DNA from: Candidatus Altarchaeum sp. | GTDB lineage: Archaea; Altiarchaeota; Altiarchaeia; Altiarchaeales; Altiarchaeaceae | Direction: 5' to 3' | Length of the DNA: 32,454 bases | Assembly (NCBI GenBank): GCA_018260615.1 | Contig: JAGWDQ010000099.1 | Coordinates: 2,047 to 34,500 of the forward strand | Shown: positions 9,113-18,710 of the stretch, piece after piece | Numbering within the stretch: position 1 is the first letter of the stretch | How the letters are laid out: each line of letters begins with the position of its first letter | Notes under the pieces: generated by a model | Database searches by the model: none | What the model was told of the DNA's origin: nothing | Seen by the model: the letters and a program-made list of their open reading frames with translations, nothing else | Made by a program: the position numbers and the translations under genes

Positions 9113-10048
9113 ATGGATTACGACCTTATTGTTGTCGGGGGAGGACCTGCAGGACTTTCTGCTACATTGACCGCTGTATGCTATAAATTAAAAACACTTG
9201 TAATTGATGCTGCTTCTGCGGGAGGAGCACCGATGAATAATTTTCCGTGGAAGATTGTTGATAATACTCTTGGATTCAGGAATATGACCGGAAAGCAGGT
9301 TGCAGATATATTTGTTAACCACATAAAAGAAGAAGGTGTTGAAATAAAAGAAAATGAGAGTATTGAAAATATAACAAGAGATGATGCAGCCGATGAAATT
9401 TTAGTTGAAACAAATAAAAATAAATATACTGCAAAGGCGGTGGTGATAGCAATAGGAGTACTCGGAAAGCCGCGAAAGGCAGGTGTGGAGGGGGAAAATT
9501 TAACTGGTGTAAATTACACACTCACAGATCCAAATTTATACAAAAACAGGAAGATATTAGTTGCCGGCGGAGGAGATACAGCTGTTGAATGGGCAGTCGG
9601 ACTTGCTCATGCAGGAGCGGAAACATCCATAATGCACAGGAAAGATGTATTCAGGGCAAATGAAAAAAATCAAAATGATATTGCGCAAAGTAAGGTTAAA
9701 ATTTTGTGGAATACGGAAACAAAGGAAATTTTAGGAGAAAACGGCAGGGTTAAGAAAGTAATGTTCGCAAATAACCAGTCAAACGAAACAAAGACAGAGG
9801 ACTTTGATGAAATTTTTCTCGCATTAGGTAATGTTCCGCACAGTGATTTTCTTGAAAAAATAAAGGTTAAGACAGATGAACGCAAGATGAAAATTTTAGT
9901 TGATGAAACAATGAGAACAAGTATAAAAGGCATCTTTGCAGCAGGAGATATTACACAAAAGTGGCTTAAGATTCCGGAGGCAATCGGTGAAGGGGGATAT
10001 GCAGGAATTTGTGTTTATAAATACATAAAGAATCCTTACTGGGCATAA
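9113..10048 (+). CDS. TrxR-fold NAD(P)/FAD oxidoreductase lacking CxxC (ferredoxin-NADP reductase-like)
   Basis: GGGPAG, GGGDTA.E, HR...FRA and FAAGD motifs; GVNYTLTD occupies the position of GVSYCATCD. Confidence 0.75.
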   Translation: MDYDLIVVGGGPAGLSATLTAVCYKLKTLVIDAASAGGAPMNNFPWKIVDNTLGFRNMTGKQVADIFVNHIKEEGVEIKENESIENITRDDAADEILVETNKNKYTAKAVVIAIGVLGKPRKAGVEGENLTGVNYTLTDPNLYKNRKILVAGGGDTAVEWAVGLAHAGAETSIMHRKDVFRANEKNQNDIAQSKVKILWNTETKEILGENGRVKKVMFANNQSNETKTEDFDEIFLALGNVPHSDFLEKIKVKTDERKMKILVDETMRTSIKGIFAAGDITQKWLKIPEAIGEGGYAGICVYKYIKNPYWA

Positions 10049-10157
10049 GGGTTTTGTATCAGTATAGTATTGGTACAAAAACGCAAAACGCAGAAATTTA
10101 TTTGTTTATCTATAAATTCATAATTTAATACACATCTAAATTTTATGGTTCGGTTAG

Positions 10158-10436
10158 ATGAATAAAGAATGGCAACAAAAAATGTCCGAAAACAAGAAAA
10201 ACGTATGTGAAGAATTAAAAAGAAATCTAAAAAATGTCAGATTTGAAACACTTTGTAAAGCAGCAAATATATTCGGTTTTGAATTTAAAGGAGGCAAAGG
10301 GAGTCACAGAATATTTGTAAAATCCGGTGTCAGAGAAATGCTTAACTTTCAAAATGTTGATGGAAAAGCAAAACCATATCAGGTTAAACAATTTTTAAAA
10401 GTTGTTGAAAAATATAAACTATTAGAAAATGAATAA
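10158..10436 (+). CDS. hicA: HicA family toxin (true start may be 10182)
   Basis: GFEFKGGKGSHRIF and LNFQ...GKAKPYQVKQ motifs. Confidence 0.85.
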   Translation: MNKEWQQKMSENKKNVCEELKRNLKNVRFETLCKAANIFGFEFKGGKGSHRIFVKSGVREMLNFQNVDGKAKPYQVKQFLKVVEKYKLLENE

Positions 10437-10695
10437 AATCCATAAGTATGCAATAGAAATATTTTATAGCGAAGAAGATGAAGGATATATTGCAATATTG
10501 CCGGAACTTCCCGGCTGTTCTGCATTCGGAGAAAATGCAGGAGATGCTTTGAAAGAAGCGATGGTAGCAATGGATCTGTGGCTGGAGACCGCTGAAAAAG
10601 AGAGGATAGAAATTCCGCAACCATTGATGTCCGGAAAAAGTTTTCTGAACGAGATAATGAACATGACGAAAATCCGGCAAACTGTAACCGCATGA
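10429..10695 (+). CDS. hicB: HicB family antitoxin
   Basis: Y.IEIFYSEEDEGYIA..PELPGCSAFGE....AL motif; overlaps hicA. Confidence 0.9.
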   Translation: MNKIHKYAIEIFYSEEDEGYIAILPELPGCSAFGENAGDALKEAMVAMDLWLETAEKERIEIPQPLMSGKSFLNEIMNMTKIRQTVTA

Positions 10696-10747
10696 AATTT
10701 TAAAATGGATTCAAAATTTGAGGGTGTTAACTAAAAATACACCCTGT

Positions 10748-10781
10748 TTCGTTCGGATATTTCAGAAGCAAGTTCTGAAAT
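10748..10781. repeat. Hairpin micro-module copy
   Basis: TTCGTTCGGAT followed by stem ATTTCAGAA-GCAAG-TTCTGAAAT; adjacent AGGGTGT/ACACCCT stem at 10721-10745. Confidence 0.6.
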
Positions 10782-10858
10782 CATATAATAAAATTTAGTA
10801 GTTTTCATTCATTTAATAAAATAAATAAATTTTTACAAATTTAAAATAAAATTTAAAT

Positions 10859-13800
10859 ATGGTTGCATCTGAAAAACAGGAACCGGCTCATTCGGTCATA
10901 GTTGCCGGCGGGGGAATTGGCGGTATGCAGGCGGCACTTGATTTGGCGGAATCCGGCTTTAAAATTTATCTTGTTGAGAAAAATCCGAGTATCGGAGGGA
11001 CCATGGCACAATTAGACAAGACATTTCCGACAAATGACTGTTCTATGTGTATTCTTTCCCCCAGGATGGTTGATGTAAGCAGACACCGGAATATAGAACT
11101 TTTAACAAATTCCGAAATAGAAAGAATAGACGGATTTGCGGGTAATTTTAAAGTAAGAGTTAAGAAAAAAGCAAGATACATAAATGACAAATGTGTGGGG
11201 TGTGGTTTGTGTGCAGAAAAGTGTGTGTTAAAGAACAAATTTCCAAACGAGTTTGATGAAGGTCTGCGAAAAAGAGGGGCAATATACATTCCGTTTCCTC
11301 AGGCGGTTCCTCTGAAATACATAGTTGATAAGGAACATTGTCTTTATTTAAAACACGGAAAATGTGCGCAGAATTGTGTTAAGGCATGTGTTGCAAATGC
11401 AATTGATTTTGAGCAAAAAGATGAAGAAACTGAACTTAATGCGGGAGCAATAATTTTTGCACAGGGATTTGAGGACTTTGATGCCCGTAAGAAGTACCAG
11501 TACGGATACGGAAGATATAAAAATGTTGTTACAAGCATTGAGGCCGAAAGGATGATGTGCGCGTCCGGGCCTTCTAATGGTATCGTATTAAGACCATCCG
11601 ACAGCAAATCGCCAAAAAAGATCGGCTTTATACAATGTGTTGGTTCAAGAGATAAAGAAAATGAATATTGTTCATCAGTTTGTTGTATGTATTCAACAAA
11701 AGAGGCAATAATAATAAAAGAGCATCAGGATGCCGAATGTGTTCTATTTTACATTGATATGAGGGCTTACGGAAAGGATTTTGAGCAATATATTGAACGG
11801 GCAAAAAATATGAATATAAAGTATCACAGATGCCTGCCTTCTATTGAAGAAATGCGTGATTCAAAAAATTTAATTTTAACTTATGAAACCGAAGACGGAA
11901 AAATAGAACAGGAAATATTTGATATGATTGTTTTAGCAGTTGGTTTATGTCCTCCGAAGGACAATAAAAAAATTGCAGATGTCTCGGGAATTGAACTGAA
12001 TAAATATGGATTTTGTAAGACAACAGAAACGGCACCGGTAGAAGCGGGCAGGGAGGGAATATATGTATGCGGTGCTTTTTCAGGTCCGAAAGATATTCCC
12101 GAAACAGTGATGCAGGCGTCTGCAGCAGCATCCAAGGCAAAGACATTGCTTTCAGATTCAAAAATAAATTTTGTTGAGGAAAAGAAGCATCCTACTGAAA
12201 GAGAAACAGGAAGCGAACCGCGAACAGGTGTCTTCGTTTGCCGTTGCGGAATTAATATAGGTGGAGTTGTCAATGTTCCTGATGTTGTGGATTATGCAAA
12301 AACACTGTCAAATGTTGTTTATTCTTCTGAAAATACTTACTCCTGCTCGCAAGATACGCAAAAGAAAATAAAGGATGCAATAGAAAAGTACAATTTAAAC
12401 CGGGTGGTCGTCGCGGCATGCTCGCCGAGAACTCACGAACCGCTTTTCAGGGAAACACTCGTTGAATCCGGACTTAATCAGTATCTTTTTGAGATGGCAA
12501 ACATAAGGGACCACTGCTCATGGGTACATTCTCATGAACCGGTTAAAGCGACAGAAAAAGCAAAAGACCTCGTGAAGATGGCTGTCGCAAAAGTAAATCT
12601 CGCCGTGCCTTTAAAGATAACAACATCTGATGTTATCAGGTCAGCGCTGGTGATTGGCGGAGGCGTCAGCGGAATGACTGCCGCACTTGAAATAGCAAAT
12701 CAGGGATTTAGTGTTTCTCTTATTGAAAGGGACTCTGAACTCGGGGGAAATTTAAAAAATGTACATTATACTCTTACTGATCCGGATATATCAAAATTTT
12801 TAAATAATTTAATTGCTCAAGTAACTAACAACGACCTGATTAAGATATATACCAATACGGAAATTAAATCAGTTGATGGCTATGTCGGGGACTTCACAAT
12901 CAATACTGAAAATTCTTTGGGAATTTTCAATCTTAAAAAAACTACAAGTTTTTTTAATATAATAAATTTAAACAATACTGAAAATCTTTACGATTTTCAA
13001 TCTTTAAAAAATCCACAGGATTTTTTAAATACAAATAAAGACACACTAAAAGGAGGCGTTATTATAGTTGCTACCGGGGCACAGGAGTACAAACCAAAGG
13101 AATTTATGTATGGCACAAATCCGGGAATATTAACACAGTCCGAATTTGAAGAAAAATTATCAAAAAAGGAGGTTAATGCAAAAAGAATAGCAATGATACA
13201 GTGTGTCGGTTCAAGAAATGACGAAAGAAATTATTGTTCAAGAATTTGCTGTAATGTCGCAATTAAAAACGCATTGAAAGTTAAAGAACAAAATCCGGAT
13301 ACGGAAATTTTTGTGCTTTACAGAGACATAAGAACTTATGGATTTAATGAAAAATTTTATAAAGAAGCAAGAGAAAAAGGCATTATATTTATTGGATATG
13401 AAAAAGACAAACAGCCAAATGTCAGTGTTGAAGGGGGAAAAATTTATGTTGAAGTTGAGGACAGATATCTGCATGCGAATATCAAAACAGATGTTGATTT
13501 TCTGGTTCTTGGTTCTGCAATAATTCCGCGGACAGATGCACATAACTTGTCAGAGATGCTTAAAGTTCCATTAACACAAAGTGGTTTCTTTTTAGAAGCA
13601 CATATGAAATTGCGTCCGGTTGATTTCGCGACAGAGGGTATATTTATTTGCGGGCTCGCACATTCACCGAAATTGCTAAATGAGTCCATTTCTCAGTCAT
13701 TAGCTGCTGCCGGACGGGCATCTATTCTGCTTACAAAAGGCATCGTCCAGACCGAGGCGGTTTCATCGGAAATTGACAGCGAAAAGTGTATCGCATGCGG

Positions 13801-14422
13801 AAACTGTATCGTTGTTTGTCCTTATAATGCGCTTAGAATGAACAGAGACAGCGAAAAACACATTGTAGAATCAAACCCGTTACTTTGCAAGGGCTGCGGG
13901 GCATGTTCGGTTGTTTGTCCTGTAAAGGCAATAAAAATGAAGAATTTTACGGATATTCAGATAAACAGCATGATAAAAGCAGCACTTGAAACAATTCCTG
14001 ACAATGAACCAAAAATTATCGGCTTTGTATGTAACTGGTGTTCTTATGCGGGAGCAGATAATGCAGGCGTTTCAAGATTTCAGTATCCTCCCAACATACG
14101 GCTGATAAGGGTTATGTGTTCGGGCAGGGTGGAACCGGAATTTGTGTATAATGCGCTGCTTCTCGGAGCGGATGGTGTTTTTATTGGGGGCTGCCATATT
14201 AATGAATGTCATTATATTTCCGGGAATGTGCATGCCGAGAAAAGAATTAAAAATAAAAAGGGCGTCAAGGAATATGTTAAAGACGCGGGATTGGATGATA
14301 GAAGGGTGCGGCTTGAATGGGTATCTGCTGCGGAAGGACAAAGATTTGCAAATGTTGTTAAGGAATTTACAGAAGAACTGAAAAATTTAGGTCCGAATCC
14401 GTTAAAATTAAAAATCAGGTAA
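10859..14422 (+). CDS. hdrA: Heterodisulfide reductase subunit A-like flavoprotein (two FAD modules) fused to C-terminal MvhD
   Basis: GGGIGG, KTFPTNDCSMC, CxxCxxCxxxC ferredoxin motifs, VFVCRCG, CSPRTHE, GGGVSG; C-terminal MvhD motifs FVCNWCSY, VMCSGRV and GCHINECHY. Confidence 0.93.
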   Translation: MVASEKQEPAHSVIVAGGGIGGMQAALDLAESGFKIYLVEKNPSIGGTMAQLDKTFPTNDCSMCILSPRMVDVSRHRNIELLTNSEIERIDGFAGNFKVRVKKKARYINDKCVGCGLCAEKCVLKNKFPNEFDEGLRKRGAIYIPFPQAVPLKYIVDKEHCLYLKHGKCAQNCVKACVANAIDFEQKDEETELNAGAIIFAQGFEDFDARKKYQYGYGRYKNVVTSIEAERMMCASGPSNGIVLRPSDSKSPKKIGFIQCVGSRDKENEYCSSVCCMYSTKEAIIIKEHQDAECVLFYIDMRAYGKDFEQYIERAKNMNIKYHRCLPSIEEMRDSKNLILTYETEDGKIEQEIFDMIVLAVGLCPPKDNKKIADVSGIELNKYGFCKTTETAPVEAGREGIYVCGAFSGPKDIPETVMQASAAASKAKTLLSDSKINFVEEKKHPTERETGSEPRTGVFVCRCGINIGGVVNVPDVVDYAKTLSNVVYSSENTYSCSQDTQKKIKDAIEKYNLNRVVVAACSPRTHEPLFRETLVESGLNQYLFEMANIRDHCSWVHSHEPVKATEKAKDLVKMAVAKVNLAVPLKITTSDVIRSALVIGGGVSGMTAALEIANQGFSVSLIERDSELGGNLKNVHYTLTDPDISKFLNNLIAQVTNNDLIKIYTNTEIKSVDGYVGDFTINTENSLGIFNLKKTTSFFNIINLNNTENLYDFQSLKNPQDFLNTNKDTLKGGVIIVATGAQEYKPKEFMYGTNPGILTQSEFEEKLSKKEVNAKRIAMIQCVGSRNDERNYCSRICCNVAIKNALKVKEQNPDTEIFVLYRDIRTYGFNEKFYKEAREKGIIFIGYEKDKQPNVSVEGGKIYVEVEDRYLHANIKTDVDFLVLGSAIIPRTDAHNLSEMLKVPLTQSGFFLEAHMKLRPVDFATEGIFICGLAHSPKLLNESISQSLAAAGRASILLTKGIVQTEAVSSEIDSEKCIACGNCIVVCPYNALRMNRDSEKHIVESNPLLCKGCGACSVVCPVKAIKMKNFTDIQINSMIKAALETIPDNEPKIIGFVCNWCSYAGADNAGVSRFQYPPNIRLIRVMCSGRVEPEFVYNALLLGADGVFIGGCHINECHYISGNVHAEKRIKNKKGVKEYVKDAGLDDRRVRLEWVSAAEGQRFANVVKEFTEELKNLGPNPLKLKIR
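12902..13032. repeat. In-frame 126-bp double-hairpin insertion inside hdrA
   Basis: Units of 72 and 54 bp, each starting AATAC; four perfect stems of 8-12 bp; homologous to the array at 23815-23975. Confidence 0.85.
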
Positions 14423-14434
14423 AGTAATAAGAAC

Positions 14435-14505
14435 AGGACTTACGCAAAAGCAATACAATTTTTTGGTTTTTAAGTTTTTTTTACAAAGCGAAATGCGTAA
14501 GTCCT
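14435..14505. repeat. 71-bp element with perfect 12-bp inverted ends AGGACTTACGCA/TGCGTAAGTCCT
   Basis: Direct inspection; lies just after the hdrA stop. Confidence 0.7.
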
Positions 14506-14547
14506 AAAGAATACTAAAATTCAAAACTAAAATTCAAAAAAAATCAA

Positions 14548-14763
14548 ATGGTAATGCGAACAATAGAGGTTAAAAAAATCTCTTTTGAGGTGGAAAAGGA
14601 CAAGATAAGAGCAATCATCAAAAAGATAAAGGAATTATATGATGACTTAAAAGTCACGCGGGAAGGAAATATTGTTTCTGTCAGCGGTGATTTGGACAAT
14701 TATAAAAAAAGAAATATGTTAATATATATTTTAACCGGGGGCAAACATGGGCAGAATATATAG
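14548..14763 (+). CDS. Small hypothetical protein
   Basis: 71-aa ORF overlapping the aspartic-protease ORF; operon-like spacing. Confidence 0.6.
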   Translation: MVMRTIEVKKISFEVEKDKIRAIIKKIKELYDDLKVTREGNIVSVSGDLDNYKKRNMLIYILTGGKHGQNI

Positions 14764-15076
14764 AGCAGTAGAAATTTCAGGTAATGGCGGGAAGGAAATT
14801 GCTGTGGCAATTGTGGATACAGGTGCAGATAAGACAGTTATAAGTCAAACACTGGCAAATAAGATTAAAACCGAAATGTATGGGACATTTTATGCTGTCT
14901 GCGCATCACAAACTATGTTAAAGGGCAGATACGCAGATGTTGTAATAACAGAAATACGAAGCAAAAAGCAAACAAAAATGCCGGTTGGCGTCTCAGATGT
15001 ACCATTTGACACAGATGATATTGATGATGATGGGATAGATGTTATATTAGAAAAAAATTTAAAATTTAATAAATAA
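14747..15076 (+). CDS. Retropepsin-like aspartic protease, probably C-terminally truncated
   Basis: AIVDTGADKTVIS (DTG) motif; DVIL is followed by EK where the usual G-x-D is expected. Confidence 0.65.
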   Translation: MGRIYRAVEISGNGGKEIAVAIVDTGADKTVISQTLANKIKTEMYGTFYAVCASQTMLKGRYADVVITEIRSKKQTKMPVGVSDVPFDTDDIDDDGIDVILEKNLKFNK

Positions 15077-15094
15077 TCCATAATAAAAGATAAG

Positions 15095-15628
15095 ATGGAA
15101 ATTAAAGAAAATAAAAATAATTTAAGGAATAATATCATCAGAAAAACAAAGGGCGAATTACTCAAATGTTTTAACTGTGGAACATGCAGTGCAGGTTGTC
15201 CTGTCTCACAAATTTCAAATTTCAATCCGAGAAAAATTTTAAGAAAACTTATTTTGGGAATAAATTTGGATGAAGACATAATGTCCTGTGTCACTTGTTT
15301 TACCTGCACTGCCCGCTGTCCCAATGGAATTAATATACCAAAAATCATTGATGTTTTAAAAATACAATACAACATTGAGGGAATAAAAAACAACAACACG
15401 AAATTTAATGAGGCATTCCTTAATACGGTGGAGAAAAACGGACGGCTTTATGAAGTGGGAATGCTTTTAAAATACAACATGGATACGGGAAATTTATTTC
15501 AGGATGCCGAGTTTGGACTTCCGTTAATGCTGAAAGGTAAAATAGGAATTCTTCCTCACAAGTCAAAGAATGCAAAGGCGGCAAAAGAAATATTCAGGAA
15601 AGTGAAGGAGATTGATGAGAGGGAATGA
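15095..15628 (+). CDS. hdrC: Heterodisulfide reductase subunit C
   Basis: CFNCGTCSAGCP and CVTCFTCTARCP motifs; GRLYE. Confidence 0.9.
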   Translation: MEIKENKNNLRNNIIRKTKGELLKCFNCGTCSAGCPVSQISNFNPRKILRKLILGINLDEDIMSCVTCFTCTARCPNGINIPKIIDVLKIQYNIEGIKNNNTKFNEAFLNTVEKNGRLYEVGMLLKYNMDTGNLFQDAEFGLPLMLKGKIGILPHKSKNAKAAKEIFRKVKEIDERE

Positions 15629-15699
15629 AAACATTAAATTTAAAAATTTAAAACTTACTGTATAATTTTAATAGCAAATAATAAATAAAATATCAAAAA

Positions 15700-15891
15700 A
15701 TGGAGAATGTTACCTTAAATGTAGTGTATAAGGAAATACAAGATTTGAAATCCGTGGTGACCTATCTAAAGCACCTGCTGGAAGAAGAATATGAACTTAG
15801 TGACTGGGCAAAAGAGGAGTTAAAAAATGCGCGAGAGGAGATGAAAACCAAGACATTCTCTCACGAAGATATTATGAAGAAATACGCATAA
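15700..15891 (+). CDS. Putative antitoxin
   Basis: 63 aa ending SHEDIMKKY, 1 bp upstream of the RelE-like gene. Confidence 0.6.
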   Translation: MENVTLNVVYKEIQDLKSVVTYLKHLLEEEYELSDWAKEELKNAREEMKTKTFSHEDIMKKYA

Positions 15892-15892
15892 A

Positions 15893-16150
15893 ATGATTTT
15901 TGGAATTGAATGGAGTGAGCGGGCTGAACAAACACTCTCTAAACTACCGGGTTATATATCGTCCAGAATAGTAAGAAAAGTAGACATCAAATCTGATCCG
16001 TTTCATTATTTGGAACATTATGAAGGAAACGATGTTTACAAACTCAGGATAGGTGATTATAGAGCATTAATAGATGTGGATTTTGAGAATAAATTATTAA
16101 AGATTGTAATTGTAAGGTATAGAAGTAAAATATATGAACAAAAACTATAA
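15893..16150 (+). CDS. relE: RelE/ParE family toxin
   Basis: IEWSERAEQ.L.KL, YKLRIGDYRAL and R.KIY motifs. Confidence 0.85.
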   Translation: MIFGIEWSERAEQTLSKLPGYISSRIVRKVDIKSDPFHYLEHYEGNDVYKLRIGDYRALIDVDFENKLLKIVIVRYRSKIYEQKL

Positions 16151-16165
16151 TAAAAATTCAAAAAG

Positions 16166-17044
16166 ATGATTAAAAAAGGATATTATCCGGGATGTTCTGC
16201 CAGCGGAACATCAAAGGAATATGCAATGTCAACCAAAAAGGTCTATGAAGCGCTGGGCATAGAACTTCAGGAATTAAAGGACTGGATATGCTGCGGTTCA
16301 AGTCCTGCGCACAGTTCATCGCTTCTTTTGGCTGATGCACTTGCACTTAAAAATTTATCTCTCGCAAAAGAGCAGGAACTTAAGGAGCTGATAGTTCCCT
16401 GTATGGGCTGTTATTCCAGATTTATATTTGCCAGACACGATTTTGAAAATGACGAAGAACAAAGAAAAAAAGCAGAGGAATCAACGGGTGTTAAATACGG
16501 TGATGCCATAAAAAATATTGAAATTATACAGCCATTGACTCATTTAAATGAACACATTGCTCAAATAAAAAGCAGAATATCAAAAAAAGCAAACGGTCTG
16601 AAAGCAGTATGTTACTACGGATGCGTTTTTACGCGCCCGCCTGAAATCACACACGCAAAAAATTTTGAAAATCCTACAGAAATGGACGAATTAGTGAAAG
16701 TTACGGGTGCAGAAATTTTGGACTGGAATTCAAAGACAAAGTGCTGCGGCGCTTCATATTCAATAACAAATCAGGATATTTCGTTTAAATTGTGCGCTCA
16801 AATTTTAACTGACGCAAAGGATGCTGGAGCGGAAATAATTATTGTCGCATGCCCTTTATGCCAGAGCAACCTTGATATGAGGCAAAAGCAGATTGAAAAA
16901 AAATTTAATAAAAAATTTAATATTTCTGTGATTTATGTTACTCAGTTGCTGGGGCTTGCACTCGGGTATTCTTATAAGGACTTGGGACTTGATAAGGAGT
17001 TTTTGGATTCAAAAAATTTATTTATGTCTAAGGGAATACTTTAA
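16166..17044 (+). CDS. hdrB: Heterodisulfide reductase subunit B
   Basis: YYPGCS, two CCG domains (CCGS, CCGA), YYGC and ACPLCQ.NLD motifs. Confidence 0.92.
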   Translation: MIKKGYYPGCSASGTSKEYAMSTKKVYEALGIELQELKDWICCGSSPAHSSSLLLADALALKNLSLAKEQELKELIVPCMGCYSRFIFARHDFENDEEQRKKAEESTGVKYGDAIKNIEIIQPLTHLNEHIAQIKSRISKKANGLKAVCYYGCVFTRPPEITHAKNFENPTEMDELVKVTGAEILDWNSKTKCCGASYSITNQDISFKLCAQILTDAKDAGAEIIIVACPLCQSNLDMRQKQIEKKFNKKFNISVIYVTQLLGLALGYSYKDLGLDKEFLDSKNLFMSKGIL

Positions 17045-17145
17045 ACGAATTACTCAGAAAATTAAATTTAATATTAATTCATTAAGTCAAATTAAAAATA
17101 TAAGCAAATTTAAAAATGCAAAAAATAAAACTTCACATCACTTAC

Positions 17146-17226
17146 GCTCACTTCGTTTGTGTATTTCCAAAACTCTGTGTTTTGGAAATCGTTCGGAGAT
17201 TTCAAAATTTGTGAAATTTTGAAATG
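17146..17226. repeat. Cluster of hairpin micro-modules
   Basis: CTCACTTCGTT; stem ATTTCCAAAAC/GTTTTGGAAAT; CGTTCGGAG; stem ATTTCAAAATTT/AAATTTTGAAAT. Confidence 0.75.
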
Positions 17227-17316
17227 AGCCAAAAGAATTTTTTGATGATATGGCGTGGATGATTATGTTGCTTATTTAAAAAAATTTAAAATTTAATAAA
17301 ATTATAATTAGGAGGA

Positions 17317-18699
17317 ATGGATCAAAAACAACTCAAAGAACTCAATGAAGTTATAGAAAACGGTGAAACCGAGGAAGTAGAATTCAAGAAATCAACCGCT
17401 CAGTTAGAAAAGGGTTTGAGAGCAATATGCGCTTTTTTAAACCATAAGGGTGGGACAGTATATTTTGGAATTGACAATGGAAATTTGGTCGGACAGCAGG
17501 TTTCTGACCCTACCTTAAGATCAATATCACAGAAAATCAGGCAGAAGATAAAGCCGGAAATAAGTCCGGAAATTACGGTTCATGGGGACGGCAGGGAGAA
17601 GATTATAAAAGTTACAGTAAAAGAAGGACTTAATAAATTATATTATTTAGATGGAGTTGCTTACAAAAGAGTCGGAACAGAAAATCCTATAATCCCTCCG
17701 GAAGAAATTGAGAGAATTATTACGGAGAAGCGAAAAAAGGGCTGGGACTCTGAAATTTGTGAAGGGGCAAATTTAGAGGATATGGATTGGGAAAAAGCAG
17801 AGTGGTTCAAGGAAAGATACGAGTTCATAATCAAAAGAAAAATCCACACTTCCCGTGAAGATTTGCTAAAATCTTTGAATTGTTTGAGATTAGTGGGCGA
17901 TAAAAATAAGCCGACAAATGCAGGAGTTCTCTTATTTGGTAATGACCCACAAAAATTTTTCCCGAATACACGAGTTACAATAGTGATCTACCCATCTACA
18001 AAAGTCGGGACCAAACACAGAGATATAAGGGATTTTCAGGGATGCCTTTTGGATATAATAGATGAGACCAATGAATTTATAAAGAAAAATACCAATACAT
18101 ACTCCTATTTAAAAGAAGGTCAGCTCGCAAGAGAGGATATAAGTCAATACCCTCAATTTGTTCTGAGGGAACTTCTGGTGAATGCTGTTGCACATAGAGA
18201 TTATACTACTTCAGGTGCTAGGGTAATTATCAAAATTTTTGAAGACAGGATAGAATATCAATCTCCCGGACCCCTTCCTGCGGGAATCACGCCCGAAAAT
18301 ATTCTAAAGGAGACCTCTCACAGAAATCCCATATTAATGAAGGTCCTGAATAAAATAAAATATGTTGAAGAAGTGGGTGAGGGATGGGACAGGATTATGG
18401 ATGAAATTGAATCTCATCCATTACACCCCGCATCTCCAAAGATAGAAAACACAGAGGCAAGTGTAATAGTGACTATATTCTCTCCGGAGGATTTTGAATT
18501 TTTTGGTTTAGATTTGAATGACCGGCAGAGAAAGGCGATAGAATATGCCCGGAAAAGGGGTAGTATAAGCAAAAGAGAATATATAAAATTAAATGAAGTG
18601 TCCACAAGGACTGCTCATATTGATATAAAAGAACTTTTCATAAGAGATATATTTAAAAGGACTGGTGTCGGAAGGGCAACAAAATACAATGTGAAATAA
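17317..18699 (+). CDS. AlbA_2/Schlafen domain + HATPase_c_4 (RecG C-like) + winged HTH protein
   Basis: EEVEFKKS, ICAFLNHKGG.VYFG, RELLVNAVAHRDY, RNP.L, EEVGEG and C-terminal HTH (VSTRTAHIDIKEL). Confidence 0.85.
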   Translation: MDQKQLKELNEVIENGETEEVEFKKSTAQLEKGLRAICAFLNHKGGTVYFGIDNGNLVGQQVSDPTLRSISQKIRQKIKPEISPEITVHGDGREKIIKVTVKEGLNKLYYLDGVAYKRVGTENPIIPPEEIERIITEKRKKGWDSEICEGANLEDMDWEKAEWFKERYEFIIKRKIHTSREDLLKSLNCLRLVGDKNKPTNAGVLLFGNDPQKFFPNTRVTIVIYPSTKVGTKHRDIRDFQGCLLDIIDETNEFIKKNTNTYSYLKEGQLAREDISQYPQFVLRELLVNAVAHRDYTTSGARVIIKIFEDRIEYQSPGPLPAGITPENILKETSHRNPILMKVLNKIKYVEEVGEGWDRIMDEIESHPLHPASPKIENTEASVIVTIFSPEDFEFFGLDLNDRQRKAIEYARKRGSISKREYIKLNEVSTRTAHIDIKELFIRDIFKRTGVGRATKYNVK

Positions 18700-18710
18700 A
18701 ATTAATTATA

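Noticed and set aside
12902-13032. Intein in HdrA
   Set aside because: Only 42 aa, with no C/S start or HN end; explained by DNA palindromes.
10859-17044. Selenocysteine recoding in HdrA/MvhD/HdrB
   Set aside because: The frames are open without internal TGA, and the motif positions carry Cys.
16935-17222. 95-aa ORF, and likewise 23953-24153 (-)
   Set aside because: They run through hairpin repeats or overlap real genes; no protein motifs.
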